From the IMG/VR virus record IMGVR_UViG_3300009158_000042: a stretch of DNA of 64,000 nucleotides. The stretch is one strand, 5' to 3'. The notes under the pieces were generated by a model. The model saw only the letters and a program-made list of their open reading frames with translations, had not been told where the DNA came from and ran no database searches. Positions 9,123 to 19,128 of the stretch are shown piece after piece. The number at the start of each line of letters is the position of its first letter. The first letter of the stretch is position 1. Source of the DNA: an uncultured virus (IMG/VR IMGVR_UViG_3300009158_000042) (taxonomy: Duplodnaviria; Heunggongvirae; Uroviricota; Caudoviricetes). Both the position numbers and the translations under genes were made by a program.

Positions 9123-9800
9123 TCACTTGATATCCAATAAAAACCAGCCGCGCTCCCACATCATACCGATGGCTGAGTAACCAATGATATCGACATACGT
9201 GTCAGTAAGTGCTTCGTTCTGGGGGTTGTTGCTTGAGAGATGTAAATTCCTCAAGCGCGCTAGCTTGTCATGAGTCCTGATAATTAATCCGATTCTTCCA
9301 AAGCGTGCGATGTTGTTATGCCCGTAATCCATTTGCTTACGAATCAAGGTTTCTGTAATTTGCTCGCGAATCATCCAGGAGTCAAATTCGCCGGCCGCTG
9401 CGGGATTGTCAATTTTTTCAAATTCTGGATGATTATCCAGTGGCCCTGGAGCTCCCAGTAATGGCAATAATTCTCCATTTTTTATCCCCGCCGCTGCCGC
9501 GGTGATGCCAAGGATTTTCCACTCTTCTGTCCAATACATCTGGTCTGAGTCAAAACATTTAGAATTATTCACCATTCCTTCAAACTGAACATCCAGGCGA
9601 TGAAGGCCTTCCAGAACAGCTTCCAGGCATGGGTCAATTTCTTGATTTTTTGAACTGTCAACTCGAGCTACGTGCGGTTGGGAGTTCATTTGGTCGAGGG
9701 ACTTATCTATTAAGTCGAATATTTGAGAAACACAGATTTTGGCAGCATCTTGCCAACGTTCTGGCTGACCAGGATTCAGTTCATCCACCACCGTCAACAT
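9123..9800 (-). CDS. Nucleotide-modification-associated (DUF1599/Nmad1-like) protein
   Basis: C-terminal RKQMDYG...IRTHDKLARLRNL...DTYVDIIGY motif. Confidence 0.7.
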   Translation of the reverse strand: MLTVVDELNPGQPERWQDAAKICVSQIFDLIDKSLDQMNSQPHVARVDSSKNQEIDPCLEAVLEGLHRLDVQFEGMVNNSKCFDSDQMYWTEEWKILGITAAAAGIKNGELLPLLGAPGPLDNHPEFEKIDNPAAAGEFDSWMIREQITETLIRKQMDYGHNNIARFGRIGLIIRTHDKLARLRNLHLSSNNPQNEALTDTYVDIIGYSAIGMMWERGWFLLDIK

Positions 9801-10283
9801 CTAATTACCCCCACTAAGTAAGTCTTCCCACTTTTCGGGCGGGTTCGTGTCCATCTCTACCTTAACGGCGAGTGCCATCTTTTCCAACTTCGCCAACCAT
9901 GCTGCGTCCGCGATACCAGTGAGCCCCGCTCCCTCTTCTATCGAATCGACATTTGATATCTCTGATTGTATATATTCTTTAGAAAAAGCTGCGATGATGC
10001 TTTTGTCTGTTGCCCCTCGCAGCAGAACTGGTCCAGTTTCTCCATTTATTGATTTTTGGGGAACGTGTATGGCCGTCACGACGTAGTCCCCCTCCGTGAA
10101 AATAAAGATAATATTATGCTTTTCCCCAGAGGCCTCTCTGAGCTGGGAAATTACTTCATGAGCAACATCCACATCCATAGATGCATCTGTCAAAATTTTC
10201 AATAATTCAGCATTATCGTCTCGAGCTCCAGGGACATTTAGTTTGTCGATGGCATTCCATTTACTATTTTGCTTTTCTTCCAT
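9801..10283 (-). CDS. Hypothetical protein
   Basis: ORF with RBS aaagg. Confidence 0.6.
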   Translation of the reverse strand: MEEKQNSKWNAIDKLNVPGARDDNAELLKILTDASMDVDVAHEVISQLREASGEKHNIIFIFTEGDYVVTAIHVPQKSINGETGPVLLRGATDKSIIAAFSKEYIQSEISNVDSIEEGAGLTGIADAAWLAKLEKMALAVKVEMDTNPPEKWEDLLSGGN

Positions 10284-10361
10284 GGTTACCTTTCTAAGGG
10301 CCCGATAGTTATGTTTAAAAAAACGATTTTTTTAGGCACGCAGCGGCTGCTACGTAGCGCG

Positions 10362-10628
10362 TTACTTTTTAAGATTTGAGATTTTTATAGCGTCTACTGC
10401 AGCTTCATAAATGACTGACCAGTAAATTTCCCAAAGCCTTGGGTCGTTCATGCATAAATTTGTCACTAAATTCAAGGTCTCTTCTTCAGCTTCCAGGAGA
10501 AACTCTCGAATATTTGTCGAATTTTCAATATCAAGCTGCTCAAGAATAAGACTCTCACGAGCTTCTTCTACAAGAGACATTGGGTCAAAAGGAAGTGCGG
10601 TGAACACGTACGGGTCGAGGTCGCTCAT
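10362..10628 (-). CDS. Hypothetical protein
   Basis: Acidic ORF following 10631-10855. Confidence 0.5.
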   Translation of the reverse strand: MSDLDPYVFTALPFDPMSLVEEARESLILEQLDIENSTNIREFLLEAEEETLNLVTNLCMNDPRLWEIYWSVIYEAAVDAIKISNLKK

Positions 10629-10630
10629 AT

Positions 10631-10855
10631 TTATCCTTTTTCTTGCATGTTCTGGCTGAGCTCGTAAAGAGCCCCCCAATATTTAAACGTTTTTTCTTGC
10701 TCGGCAGCGGAGTCGAATTCCAGCCTGAGGTCTTCGTATTGTTGAGCCCCAGTTTCCACACTGACGGTTACGAAGTAGGAGGGGTCTCGACTAGAGGTAC
10801 GTTCGGTGGATTTCTTGACACTACTGATTCTGCCAGCTTTCATGAGACTCCTCAT
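10631..10855 (-). CDS. Hypothetical protein
   Basis: ORF downstream of a TTGACA-17-TAGATT promoter (10897-10869, minus strand). Confidence 0.5.
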   Translation of the reverse strand: MRSLMKAGRISSVKKSTERTSSRDPSYFVTVSVETGAQQYEDLRLEFDSAAEQEKTFKYWGALYELSQNMQEKG

Positions 10856-10972
10856 TCGTTATGTAATAAATCTATCCGCCACCGCAGCTTTTGTCAACCC
10901 CACTAATAAATAACTTTGGATAAATGATTAAGGTGACATTTCTTTACAGCGAACATATGTTCGTACTAGGAT

Positions 10973-11353
10973 GTGTTCATGGATAACCTCACAAAATTCA
11001 ATATTTATACAGGAGCTCTCGAGCAGTACATTTCCCGAGAAGGGGATTCTCGAATTCCGGCAATTCATATCGAAAAATTTCAAGAAAATGATATTTCCCT
11101 AGGGGCATGGTCCGGATATATTCGTCAGAGATATCGTAAAAATCAACTCCATCCAGAACGTGTTTCAAAAATGCAAGAAATTGCTGGCTGGCAGTGGGGT
11201 CCATTTCAGCCGGGTCCTGCGACGGACATCAAAAGAAATGAAATTATTAAAGAAATGCGTATCGAGGGAAAGTCCCTTCGGGAAATCGCCGATGAGTTTG
11301 ATTTGTCTCGGCAGCGGGTTCATCAAATAGTTAAGAAACTTAAAATCGATTAA
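10973..11353 (+). CDS. Helicase-associated (HA) domain fused to a sigma-region-4-like HTH
   Basis: LGAWSGYIRQRYRKNQL..ER...GWQW then SLREIADEFDLSRQRVHQI. Confidence 0.7.
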   Translation: MFMDNLTKFNIYTGALEQYISREGDSRIPAIHIEKFQENDISLGAWSGYIRQRYRKNQLHPERVSKMQEIAGWQWGPFQPGPATDIKRNEIIKEMRIEGKSLREIADEFDLSRQRVHQIVKKLKID

Positions 11354-11401
11354 TAATAAAAGTCATCCACCACCGTCATTCACTAACGTGAGGGAGAGAA
11401 C

Positions 11402-11686
11402 ATGAATCTCAGAAAAAACGAAAAATTAAACGGGGGCGCAGCGTACCCGAGAGTAATCCGAGACGATTTTCGCGGGGCTCCTATCAAGCCGAAGGAGTCA
11501 GAATCAAGCGGGGCTCTCTTGGGATTTTTGGTGGCGAGCGCAATCAACACTTTGGTCATTGACGGTGCGCTACACATCTTGCGCTCTGCTGGCGTGACAG
11601 AGGTGAGCCTGTCACTGTGGCAGACGCTCGGCTTGTCATCACTTCTCATGGTGTGGCGTGGCGTAGAGAGAGCCATGCGCCAGTAG
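11402..11686 (+). CDS. Hypothetical membrane protein
   Basis: Two hydrophobic segments; RBS gagggag. Confidence 0.5.
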   Translation: MNLRKNEKLNGGAAYPRVIRDDFRGAPIKPKESESSGALLGFLVASAINTLVIDGALHILRSAGVTEVSLSLWQTLGLSSLLMVWRGVERAMRQ

Positions 11687-11831
11687 CGATAGCGAGCGAT
11701 TGACTTATCTATCACTGTACGGCTCTGTGTGAGCGTCACGGTAACGAGTTGAGTGAGAATGAGTAGTAGTGACAGAGCGAGCGTGTACGGCTCTGTGAGT
11801 AGCGCAAGAATGAATAGCAGAATCTCCATGA

Positions 11832-12035
11832 CTACTGTCTATCAGCAAGTTCAGCAAGAACGGACATAATGTTATTGCCTTCATTCCACATCAGATTATC
11901 GTAGTCCTCGTACGCTTTCTGTGGCGTGTATGTGCCTGCGATTATCTCGTCTTGTATTGCAGAGTAGTATCTAATTGCGCTCGTAAGACTCGCCTGCAAG
12001 TCTGTTAGTAATTCTGATTCAGATGGCTCGGTCAT
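11832..12035 (-). CDS. Hypothetical protein
   Basis: ORF with RBS aagga. Confidence 0.55.
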   Translation of the reverse strand: MTEPSESELLTDLQASLTSAIRYYSAIQDEIIAGTYTPQKAYEDYDNLMWNEGNNIMSVLAELADRQ

Positions 12036-12223
12036 AAAAAATCCTTTTTTTGATTAGTAATAGATAAGTGTCAGATGTGGTACATGAATAGATAAGTGAA
12101 ACGCCAATGTCTCTCGGCAATGTGTAGTACCCACCAAAGGAGAAACACGATTACCGAGAGACACTAGCACCAGTGCCTCTGTTGGGAACAACCAAGAAAC
12201 CAACAGAGGCAGGGACTTATCTA

Positions 12224-13771
12224 TTACTGAATGTTCACGCCCATGTGCTGACGATAAGTGTGAACGAACATTGACGGATACACGCTCTTTGGCTTTATGC
12301 CTTTGTTCATGTTGGACAGTTGCTCAATCGCTTCCTCAATGTGTGGCACAACAATGTAGTTGTGTTTCATTGCGTAAGTTAGGCACTGCATAGCGAGCAG
12401 GTCTGTGTAACCATCACCTTCGCCACACACTCCACCGTCTGTAATCCAAACGAGAGGAGTGTTGCGATACTGGCGATTCTCTACGCCCCACACGATTGCA
12501 GGATAATCAACACCGTTTCCGTGTCCGTAAGGAATGTTCTCCAATGTCTCAATCATTCGTCCCTTATCAGCGATAATCCACATGTTCGCACCGTTCTTTT
12601 TGTGACGGTCTGAATAGATTGCCACCGTTGCGCCTTTTGCCAAATCTGTAATCTGCCAAATCTGCTCTTTGGTGAATGACATAGAACCACTTGCGTCAAT
12701 GATGACCATGCCACCACTGCCACGAACGGTCTTGTCAAATACTCGCTTTGCAGGGTCAGTCATGTAACGGTGCATACGGCGTGGTCTGCGCCCCATGTTC
12801 GTAGCAACACGCTTCTTGCCGATTGTGCCAGCGTGTAAGCGTGGCATAGGAACACGCTCAATGCGTAGTTCTGCCCACTTGCCAGTGCCACTGTGTGATG
12901 TTGGGGTAATGCTCTGATGAGGAATACCTTTCTTGTCACCTTCCTCTGAATCGCCTTCGTTGGAATGGACTGCCGTAGCAGGGTCTTTCTCGCCTTCTTC
13001 GCCTTCGCCTGACTTATCTATTCCCTTTGCACCTGCACCAGCCTTGCCTTCTTTCTCACGCTCTTTTGGTGGTGGGAATGAAGCGAGCCTGTCCACCCAT
13101 TCTGCGATTCTTTCTGTGTGAACGAATCCGTATGGCGCAATGCCGTGATGTTCTGTTGTGTTGGCGAGAGAGCGTGTCTTGTGCGCTTTCTTCATCTCAC
13201 GGACTGCTCGCTTGCTGATGTCAAGCAGAGCGTCACCCCATGCACGATTGTGCCTGCGAATACCGTTCAGGAATTGCTTGTGTCCAGCAGTGCCAGCAGT
13301 TGCGATTGCACCTGTTACTGCACCAGCCCAATCTCCAGTTTTCGCTAGGCGTTCTCCGTCATTGAGTTCTCCACCGTCAGCGAGATTCTTCTTCACATCA
13401 AATCCTGCCTCTTGGCAAAGAATGTTTATGCGTAATTCCTCTACAACGGTCAGTGCAGTAGCAGAAGCCATTTCACGAGCAACCCACATCTCAAATTGTT
13501 CAGAGTTTGGTGAAACTTTTGAGTGCATGAGTTCATGCCCACGAATACAGCGAGCGAGTTCGTCCGTCTGTGACGGTGTGAACATTGTGCGAGTATTCAG
13601 GTCAGTGCTTGGCTCGCCTCTGACTGCTTGACATTCTTCTACTGTCCATCGTCCATGCGCTAAGTCTTTGCGCCCGATGAAGTTTGGCTCGGCTTTCGCC
13701 GTTCCCCCTGACTTATCTATTGACGAGGGGAACGGCTTACCAACGCTCTTTCGTGCTGGCTTGATACTCAT
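12224..13771 (-). CDS. von Willebrand factor A (MIDAS) domain protein, partner of MoxR AAA+
   Basis: HELMH motif, low-complexity linker, IIDASGSM MIDAS motif and WITDG; adjacent to an AAA gene. Confidence 0.8.
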   Translation of the reverse strand: MSIKPARKSVGKPFPSSIDKSGGTAKAEPNFIGRKDLAHGRWTVEECQAVRGEPSTDLNTRTMFTPSQTDELARCIRGHELMHSKVSPNSEQFEMWVAREMASATALTVVEELRINILCQEAGFDVKKNLADGGELNDGERLAKTGDWAGAVTGAIATAGTAGHKQFLNGIRRHNRAWGDALLDISKRAVREMKKAHKTRSLANTTEHHGIAPYGFVHTERIAEWVDRLASFPPPKEREKEGKAGAGAKGIDKSGEGEEGEKDPATAVHSNEGDSEEGDKKGIPHQSITPTSHSGTGKWAELRIERVPMPRLHAGTIGKKRVATNMGRRPRRMHRYMTDPAKRVFDKTVRGSGGMVIIDASGSMSFTKEQIWQITDLAKGATVAIYSDRHKKNGANMWIIADKGRMIETLENIPYGHGNGVDYPAIVWGVENRQYRNTPLVWITDGGVCGEGDGYTDLLAMQCLTYAMKHNYIVVPHIEEAIEQLSNMNKGIKPKSVYPSMFVHTYRQHMGVNIQ

Positions 13772-13773
13772 GG

Positions 13774-14499
13774 TTAGACCACCGAATCAACTGCGATAGC
13801 GTCAAGAATCTGCTTTGCTCGCTTGCCGAATGTGAGTTGGCATGCTCGTTCCATGCCTACGCTCTTACGCAACTTGTCAAGAGCCATAAATGCTCGCAAC
13901 GAGATACGGTCATCGCCAGCGTCAGCCATACGGATTGCGTATCCACGCAAATCCTTTGACAATGCGAGCAGAGCGTGTGGGTGTGGTTCGTTGATACGAA
14001 TACGGATTGGGAAACGGTCAGCGAGTGCTGTTGGCAATTCGCCCATGTTCTCAATGTTCGTGGTCATAATTGCAGAGAAGCCTTCTTTGGGTCGGACTAC
14101 CGAGCCAGTTTCAGGATGCTCAAATGAAGCAGATTCAGGTGAATCAAGCATGGCGAGAAGTGTTGCGAACACATCGCCACCAGCCTTGTCAATTTCGTCC
14201 ACGATAAGTCGTGCGCCAACTGTGCCGTTGCCGTTCCATGCTTTGAGGGCAGAACCGTCAAGCCATTGGAAGCCACCGTTATTACTTGGCATGAAGCCAC
14301 CAGTTACATCCATGTTTGTCATGTCCTCTGTGCAAACAAGACGGTATGCGCCTGCTTCCACATTGCCCATTGTCATACCTGCGTAGGTCTTGCCGATTCC
14401 AGCAGGTCCAAACAGGATTACTCGGTCAATGCCTGCATTGAGAGCGTCATTGAGGTCAGTCCAGCACTGAGGCAGGCTTTCCGTTGTTGTTGATTCCAT
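13774..14499 (-). CDS. MoxR/CbbQ-like AAA+ ATPase
   Basis: Walker A GPAGIGKT, Walker B LIVDEID, sensor TTN, ALADRF. Confidence 0.88.
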   Translation of the reverse strand: MESTTTESLPQCWTDLNDALNAGIDRVILFGPAGIGKTYAGMTMGNVEAGAYRLVCTEDMTNMDVTGGFMPSNNGGFQWLDGSALKAWNGNGTVGARLIVDEIDKAGGDVFATLLAMLDSPESASFEHPETGSVVRPKEGFSAIMTTNIENMGELPTALADRFPIRIRINEPHPHALLALSKDLRGYAIRMADAGDDRISLRAFMALDKLRKSVGMERACQLTFGKRAKQILDAIAVDSVV

Positions 14500-14788
14500 C
14501 TCTATTCTCCTTGTTGTTGGTGAGTGGTGAACACACCATACCAGCGTAGGTACAGACCTACAAACCTGACTTATCTATTCAGTAGAGACTTATCTATTCA
14601 GTATCAGAAGCGCACCACTTATCTATTCACTCTCCACTTGTGGGCAAGCGAGCGAGCGAGTGCGCCAGCGCAAACTTTTTTATCTCTACCCCCATGCTCG
14701 CCACACGCCCTTCTGCGTTGGAGCCCCGATGTTGCCGAGCAGTGCCGGGGCTCCTATGGGAAAGGGGACTTATCTATTACAGATAGTT

Positions 14789-15271
14789 TTATTTTTCTCG
14801 TTTGGGAACCATAAGAACTTCCCATAGTCCATTTTTGATTTTGCGAAATAATGGAGATTCTTTGAGGTAGGTCAAAGTTGTCTGGTAAGAGAATCCTGAT
14901 TGTTCTGTGAGTTGGTCAGATGTAAATTGCTCTGCCTGATGTTCGCTTGACCACTGCTCAAATGCTGACCACTTATCTTTGCGCTTCTCTGTGCGTTCTA
15001 CTTCTACCTGTGCGTCAGATAGTCCGATGAATGTTGATAGAAGGTACTTTGATACTTCTGCCTGCACCGAGTATGTACTTAGGTACGATTGTGGTACACG
15101 CTGTCCACCTTCTCGTTGCCAAATCTGCAATACATAAAGTCCTCTGTTTATTTCAGAAACATAAGAAACTTCCGAGAACGGAACTGCTGTTGCGTTTTTG
15201 TATTTTTTGAGAAGCACTGCCCAATGTTCTTTGTGTACTTCTTTGATTAGGTCATCTGTAATAGTTTGCAT
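14789..15271 (-). CDS. Hypothetical protein with C-terminal winged-helix-like segment
   Basis: FTSDQLTEQSGFSYQTTLTYLK...FRKIKNGLWEV. Confidence 0.55.
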   Translation of the reverse strand: MQTITDDLIKEVHKEHWAVLLKKYKNATAVPFSEVSYVSEINRGLYVLQIWQREGGQRVPQSYLSTYSVQAEVSKYLLSTFIGLSDAQVEVERTEKRKDKWSAFEQWSSEHQAEQFTSDQLTEQSGFSYQTTLTYLKESPLFRKIKNGLWEVLMVPKREK

Positions 15272-15351
15272 TTTTTCCTTTTTTTTGCAGTTTCTACCGT
15301 TTAGTTTTTTTCTAAAAAATCGTTTTTTTGATAGATAAGTAAGTTGGGCTG

Positions 15352-15561
15352 TTAGTCAATAACAACCCAACTGTCCTCTCCCTTGATTAGTCCGAGACTA
15401 GACCCACTATCCCACTGCACAAACATTGTTCCTAGTGAATCAAAGTCGGTAATGACCCCTTCATCTCCTTTGGATAGTTTGGTGTGAATGTCAGATGTGT
15501 AAATCAGCCTGATTCTCCTGCCAATAAGTGCTTCTAGTCCTGCTGACAACTTATCTATCAT
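15352..15561 (-). CDS. DUF4314-like small protein
   Basis: GRRIRL...GDEG.I...D..G...VQWDSGSSLGLI.GED pattern. Confidence 0.7.
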   Translation of the reverse strand: MIDKLSAGLEALIGRRIRLIYTSDIHTKLSKGDEGVITDFDSLGTMFVQWDSGSSLGLIKGEDSWVVID

Positions 15562-15712
15562 GCTGGCTCTTTCTCTTGTAACGCGATGATTCGCATGTCT
15601 AATAGAAAATCTGTCATTTCTAATGACGAAACAATGTCTCTGCCTGAACAGTGGGAGATTGCTTTGTCAATCAACAAGACGATTGGTGACTTATCTATTA
15701 CAGATTCTTCAC

Positions 15713-15952
15713 TCATTCTGCGTACCCGTAAATAACCATGTCAAGTTCGTTGCCTTCTTCATCGGTGTACTTCTTCTTTCCCTCTCCTGCACAGTCGTCA
15801 AAGTATTCATCGGCTTCCAACATAATCATTTCCATGATGTCATCAAAGTCGGGCTTCTCATCGTTGTCCTCTCTGAATCGCTTTGCCGTTTCTGCCACAT
15901 CAAATGTGACAGTATTGGTGCGAGTTACTGTGATTGTTTTTGGCTCAGACAC
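15713..15952 (-). CDS. Hypothetical acidic protein
   Basis: GTG start supplied by the AATAGATAAGTG motif. Confidence 0.55.
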   Translation of the reverse strand: MSEPKTITVTRTNTVTFDVAETAKRFREDNDEKPDFDDIMEMIMLEADEYFDDCAGEGKKKYTDEEGNELDMVIYGYAE

Positions 15953-15956
15953 TTAT

Positions 15957-16625
15957 CTATTCCTCATCTTTCTTTTTCTTAGCGTTACCAAGTAGGTCGT
16001 GGTAACGGTGAGCAACTACGGCGAGTTTCATGTAGGCAGTGGTAGCACCCATAGCCTCAACCATGCGTCCGTACTCCTGACCTTCTTTTACTTCGCTTAC
16101 ATCTGCCATGTAATCTTCTTCCGAATACACAGGAACTCCAAAGTCATCGTAGCGATACATTTGAGTAGCACTACCAATCAACGAACCATCCCAGTCCATG
16201 CCAGTAACAACGATTGCTTCACGGACTTCTGAAAAAGGATTCTCTGAAAAGTCTTTCTGCATTTCGCCACGCTCAAAGTCAATTTCTTCTGATGTGTCTG
16301 CACTACGGCAGAAACCCTCTACACAGAGAAAGAGGAAAGAGAACTCACGGATAGGCATAGCCTTGACTACATCTTCGTACGCCTCTAATACATCTTCACG
16401 GTGAATGAGTGGAATCATTGCAATCTTGTATGGAGAAGATAATTCGTTTTCTTCCTGATACTCAACTGCATCTTCGTCATCGCTCTTGTAAGCAACGAGC
16501 ATGAGTGGGGGAGTGTCTGTCATCCCCTCGTCTTTGCACATTTGCTCTTTGGCGTACTTAGTACGGTCAAGAACATCCAGCATTATTTTTGACATTTCTT
16601 CTGAAATGGTTTCGTTGATAGCCAT
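15957..16625 (-). CDS. Hypothetical protein
   Basis: RBS aaggag and repeated promoter upstream of ATG 16625. Confidence 0.7.
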   Translation of the reverse strand: MAINETISEEMSKIMLDVLDRTKYAKEQMCKDEGMTDTPPLMLVAYKSDDEDAVEYQEENELSSPYKIAMIPLIHREDVLEAYEDVVKAMPIREFSFLFLCVEGFCRSADTSEEIDFERGEMQKDFSENPFSEVREAIVVTGMDWDGSLIGSATQMYRYDDFGVPVYSEEDYMADVSEVKEGQEYGRMVEAMGATTAYMKLAVVAHRYHDLLGNAKKKKDEE

Positions 16626-16685
16626 TGGCTTTCTCCTTGTTGGTAGGTGTGCAGTCATCGTACCAGTACAGGTACAGAACTACAA

Positions 16686-16892
16686 CTATCCAAGCAACCC
16701 CTGAATGGGGAGACTTAGTGCGTCACTTAGCGAGACAAGAGTGTCCACGCTCGGCGAATAATGTTGGTTCTCAATACGGTTCACCGTTTTTCGTTCCAGC
16801 CCTGCTCGCTTTGCTAGTTCCTCTTGTGACCAGCCTCTTTCTTTTCTTTCAGTTTTTAGCCGTGTGGCAATTACTTCTGTTGCGTTTCCCAT
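16686..16892 (-). CDS. XRE/Cro-family helix-turn-helix regulator
   Basis: RKERGWSQEELAKRAGLERKTVNRIENQHYSPSVDTL. Confidence 0.9.
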   Translation of the reverse strand: MGNATEVIATRLKTERKERGWSQEELAKRAGLERKTVNRIENQHYSPSVDTLVSLSDALSLPIQGLLG

Positions 16893-16926
16893 GTTGTTTC
16901 CTCTCTTGGGGACTTATCTATTTAGT

Positions 16927-17583
16927 TCAGAATGACGGAATGAAACTCTGAAACACCTTTCTCCTTTTATTTCCCCTTCTCCATGCCACATACTCCCTGA
17001 TAGTGGCATCCAAATCTATGTCATGCTGGTCAGTGATGAGATTGCGCCATTCACTTTGTGCTTCGTAGAACTCGTCATACAACTCGTCAAGCCCTGATTC
17101 TGACGCTTTTTCGTACATCTGTATCAGTTCAGGTGGTTGCGTCATGTCACACATGTCCTCTGCAATCTTTTCGCCGTCACAGTAAAGTTCCCAACCAGCG
17201 TAGAAATCTGCTTCTTCTGTGCAACTGTACCCAAATACCAATTTAGGGAACTGCTTGCTGATGTTCTCAATCAACTTGTCACATGGACTCCATGCGCTCG
17301 TGTAGCGCAGATGTAGTGGGTACGAATCTTTATCGTCAATCTCTATGTCACAAGCACCCCACTTGCTTCCCCACACGCCAAGTGCGCCACCAAAGAAAGA
17401 ATCAAGTTTGTCCACCCATTCACTCTCGTCAGGGATAGGTACTAGATGGTTCATGTCATAGTGAGCGTTTATCTTGCGCCCTAGTTCATCATAATCTTCG
17501 GGCATTGAGATTGCTTTGAGAAACTTACGAGTTTCTGTTTTGTTCCCTGCAACAACAAGGTTTGAGAAGCACCAGTTTGGCAT
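16927..17583 (-). CDS. YubB/DUF1281-like protein
   Basis: MPNWC start, WGSKWGA, YTSAWSP motifs. Confidence 0.7.
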   Translation of the reverse strand: MPNWCFSNLVVAGNKTETRKFLKAISMPEDYDELGRKINAHYDMNHLVPIPDESEWVDKLDSFFGGALGVWGSKWGACDIEIDDKDSYPLHLRYTSAWSPCDKLIENISKQFPKLVFGYSCTEEADFYAGWELYCDGEKIAEDMCDMTQPPELIQMYEKASESGLDELYDEFYEAQSEWRNLITDQHDIDLDATIREYVAWRRGNKRRKVFQSFIPSF

Positions 17584-17841
17584 GGTAGTCCTTTCGGGTT
17601 AGTGGTGGTATGCAATGAGCGTACCAGCACAGGTTCAGAACTACTCGGGGGGACTTATCTATTACTCATCCACCACCGTCATTGACTAACGAGCAAAAGT
17701 TTTCTATCTCATCCCCCAAGATTTTTGACTTTTCTATCTCTACCCCCCATGCGCCGATTTTTTCTCTTTTTCGCCGTGTTCCGAAGGAGCCCCGACCAGT
17801 TTGGTTCGCCCCGGGGCTCTTTTGGGAAAAGGACTTATCTA

Positions 17842-18165
17842 TTACATAGGGAGAGTTACGAGTTGTGCCGAGTGGATGTACCAGCCGTAAGCGTGACGGT
17901 GTGTCATGTAGTGCAGTAGTTCCTTGACATCGGTAAGGTGCGTGAACACATCTTCCAACGGAACGCCGTGGCTATCAAAGAATCCACGCTCGGGCTTGGG
18001 TGAGAACGAGATGTACATGTTCTCGTATCCCTCATAAGAGCCATAAGACCTCTGTGGCTTTATCTGGCACTGCGCTCCAATAAACTTTTTTTTTGTCATC
18101 ATCAGAAAGAGAGTCTTTATCAAAGACCAAATGTGGGCGAATGACTTATCTATTACCATTCTCAT
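17842..18165 (-). CDS. Hypothetical protein
   Basis: ATG overlaps upstream TGA. Confidence 0.5.
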   Translation of the reverse strand: MRMVIDKSFAHIWSLIKTLFLMMTKKKFIGAQCQIKPQRSYGSYEGYENMYISFSPKPERGFFDSHGVPLEDVFTHLTDVKELLHYMTHRHAYGWYIHSAQLVTLPM

Positions 18166-18407
18166 GCCCTTCGCCAAACGCTGAACTGTTCGGTCAGGTC
18201 GGTACCAATCAGGGCAATAGTCAATCGTGCAATGGATTCCAGCAGTTCTTTTTCGGTAATGCCCCATTCCTCGTTAGCCCACGGGAACATCATTCCGTTC
18301 TCGTAGTCACACCAAATGTTCGCCATTGCGCCAGCACGACTAACGCCAATGCTGTAATAGTTTTCCCATAGGATTTCATCAACTGCGTATTTGCTAGTTT
18401 TCGTCAT
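18162..18407 (-). CDS. Hypothetical protein
   Basis: ORF in coupled chain. Confidence 0.55.
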   Translation of the reverse strand: MTKTSKYAVDEILWENYYSIGVSRAGAMANIWCDYENGMMFPWANEEWGITEKELLESIARLTIALIGTDLTEQFSVWRRA

Positions 18408-18609
18408 TTTGTACTTCCTCTGCTACGTGCGATGAAATCGTGTCTGCAATTTTTGAGAAATCTACACCAAACGATGCTTTCCATCTGTCCAGTACAACTT
18501 CCATCGCAAGGTTCGCAACTTCTTCCGTAGAAAGATTTGCCGAGTCAATGCTCAGCACTTCCCTTACTGTTGCTGGTCCAACTATTGCTGTTACTTCGTA
18601 AAGAGCCAC
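18394..18609 (-). CDS. Hypothetical protein
   Basis: GTG start within AATAGATAAGTG motif. Confidence 0.55.
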   Translation of the reverse strand: MALYEVTAIVGPATVREVLSIDSANLSTEEVANLAMEVVLDRWKASFGVDFSKIADTISSHVAEEVQNDEN

Positions 18610-18613
18610 TTAT

Positions 18614-18841
18614 CTATTCCTCATCTTCATAGTCGCTGTCCACGGAGAACCAGCGCATCACTGTTAGAAGCAGGTTATCGTAATCGCCCGATGTTGCTTC
18701 GGCACGAAACGCCTCTATCTCATCGGCAGTCAATCCTGCTCGCCGAGCAATTCTCTGCACACGCCCAAGTATGGAGAAGGCGTTGCCGTCCTCTCCTACT
18801 AGTGGAATGTTGATGTGTGGGTATTTTGTATCTGTACTCAT
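18614..18841 (-). CDS. Conserved phage hypothetical protein
   Basis: LVGEDGNAFSILGRV...ATSGDYDNLL pattern recurrent in phage small proteins. Confidence 0.65.
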   Translation of the reverse strand: MSTDTKYPHINIPLVGEDGNAFSILGRVQRIARRAGLTADEIEAFRAEATSGDYDNLLLTVMRWFSVDSDYEDEE

Positions 18842-19053
18842 TCTGAGTGTTCTCCTGTTTCCATGTCAATAGCGTAAGCATCTTCCAACTTGGCTCCTGC
18901 CAAGCCTGCAACATTCCTGCCGAATGTTCTAGCCATTTTGCCTGCTTCTTTTAGGCTCTTGGCTTCTACGGTGGTATCTTCTGTCCACTCGGCAAGACCA
19001 ATCTTTTCCTGCTTTGTCAGCAGAGCGATTATTTCGTATTCTTTTGTTGCCAT
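18838..19053 (-). CDS. Hypothetical protein
   Basis: First gene after promoter copy 19085. Confidence 0.6.
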   Translation of the reverse strand: MATKEYEIIALLTKQEKIGLAEWTEDTTVEAKSLKEAGKMARTFGRNVAGLAGAKLEDAYAIDMETGEHSE

Positions 19054-19128
19054 TACTTTCCCCTTTGTGGTTGGCTTCGCCTTCACTGTACCACAAGAGG
19101 TACGGAACTACAAGGGGGACTTATCTAT

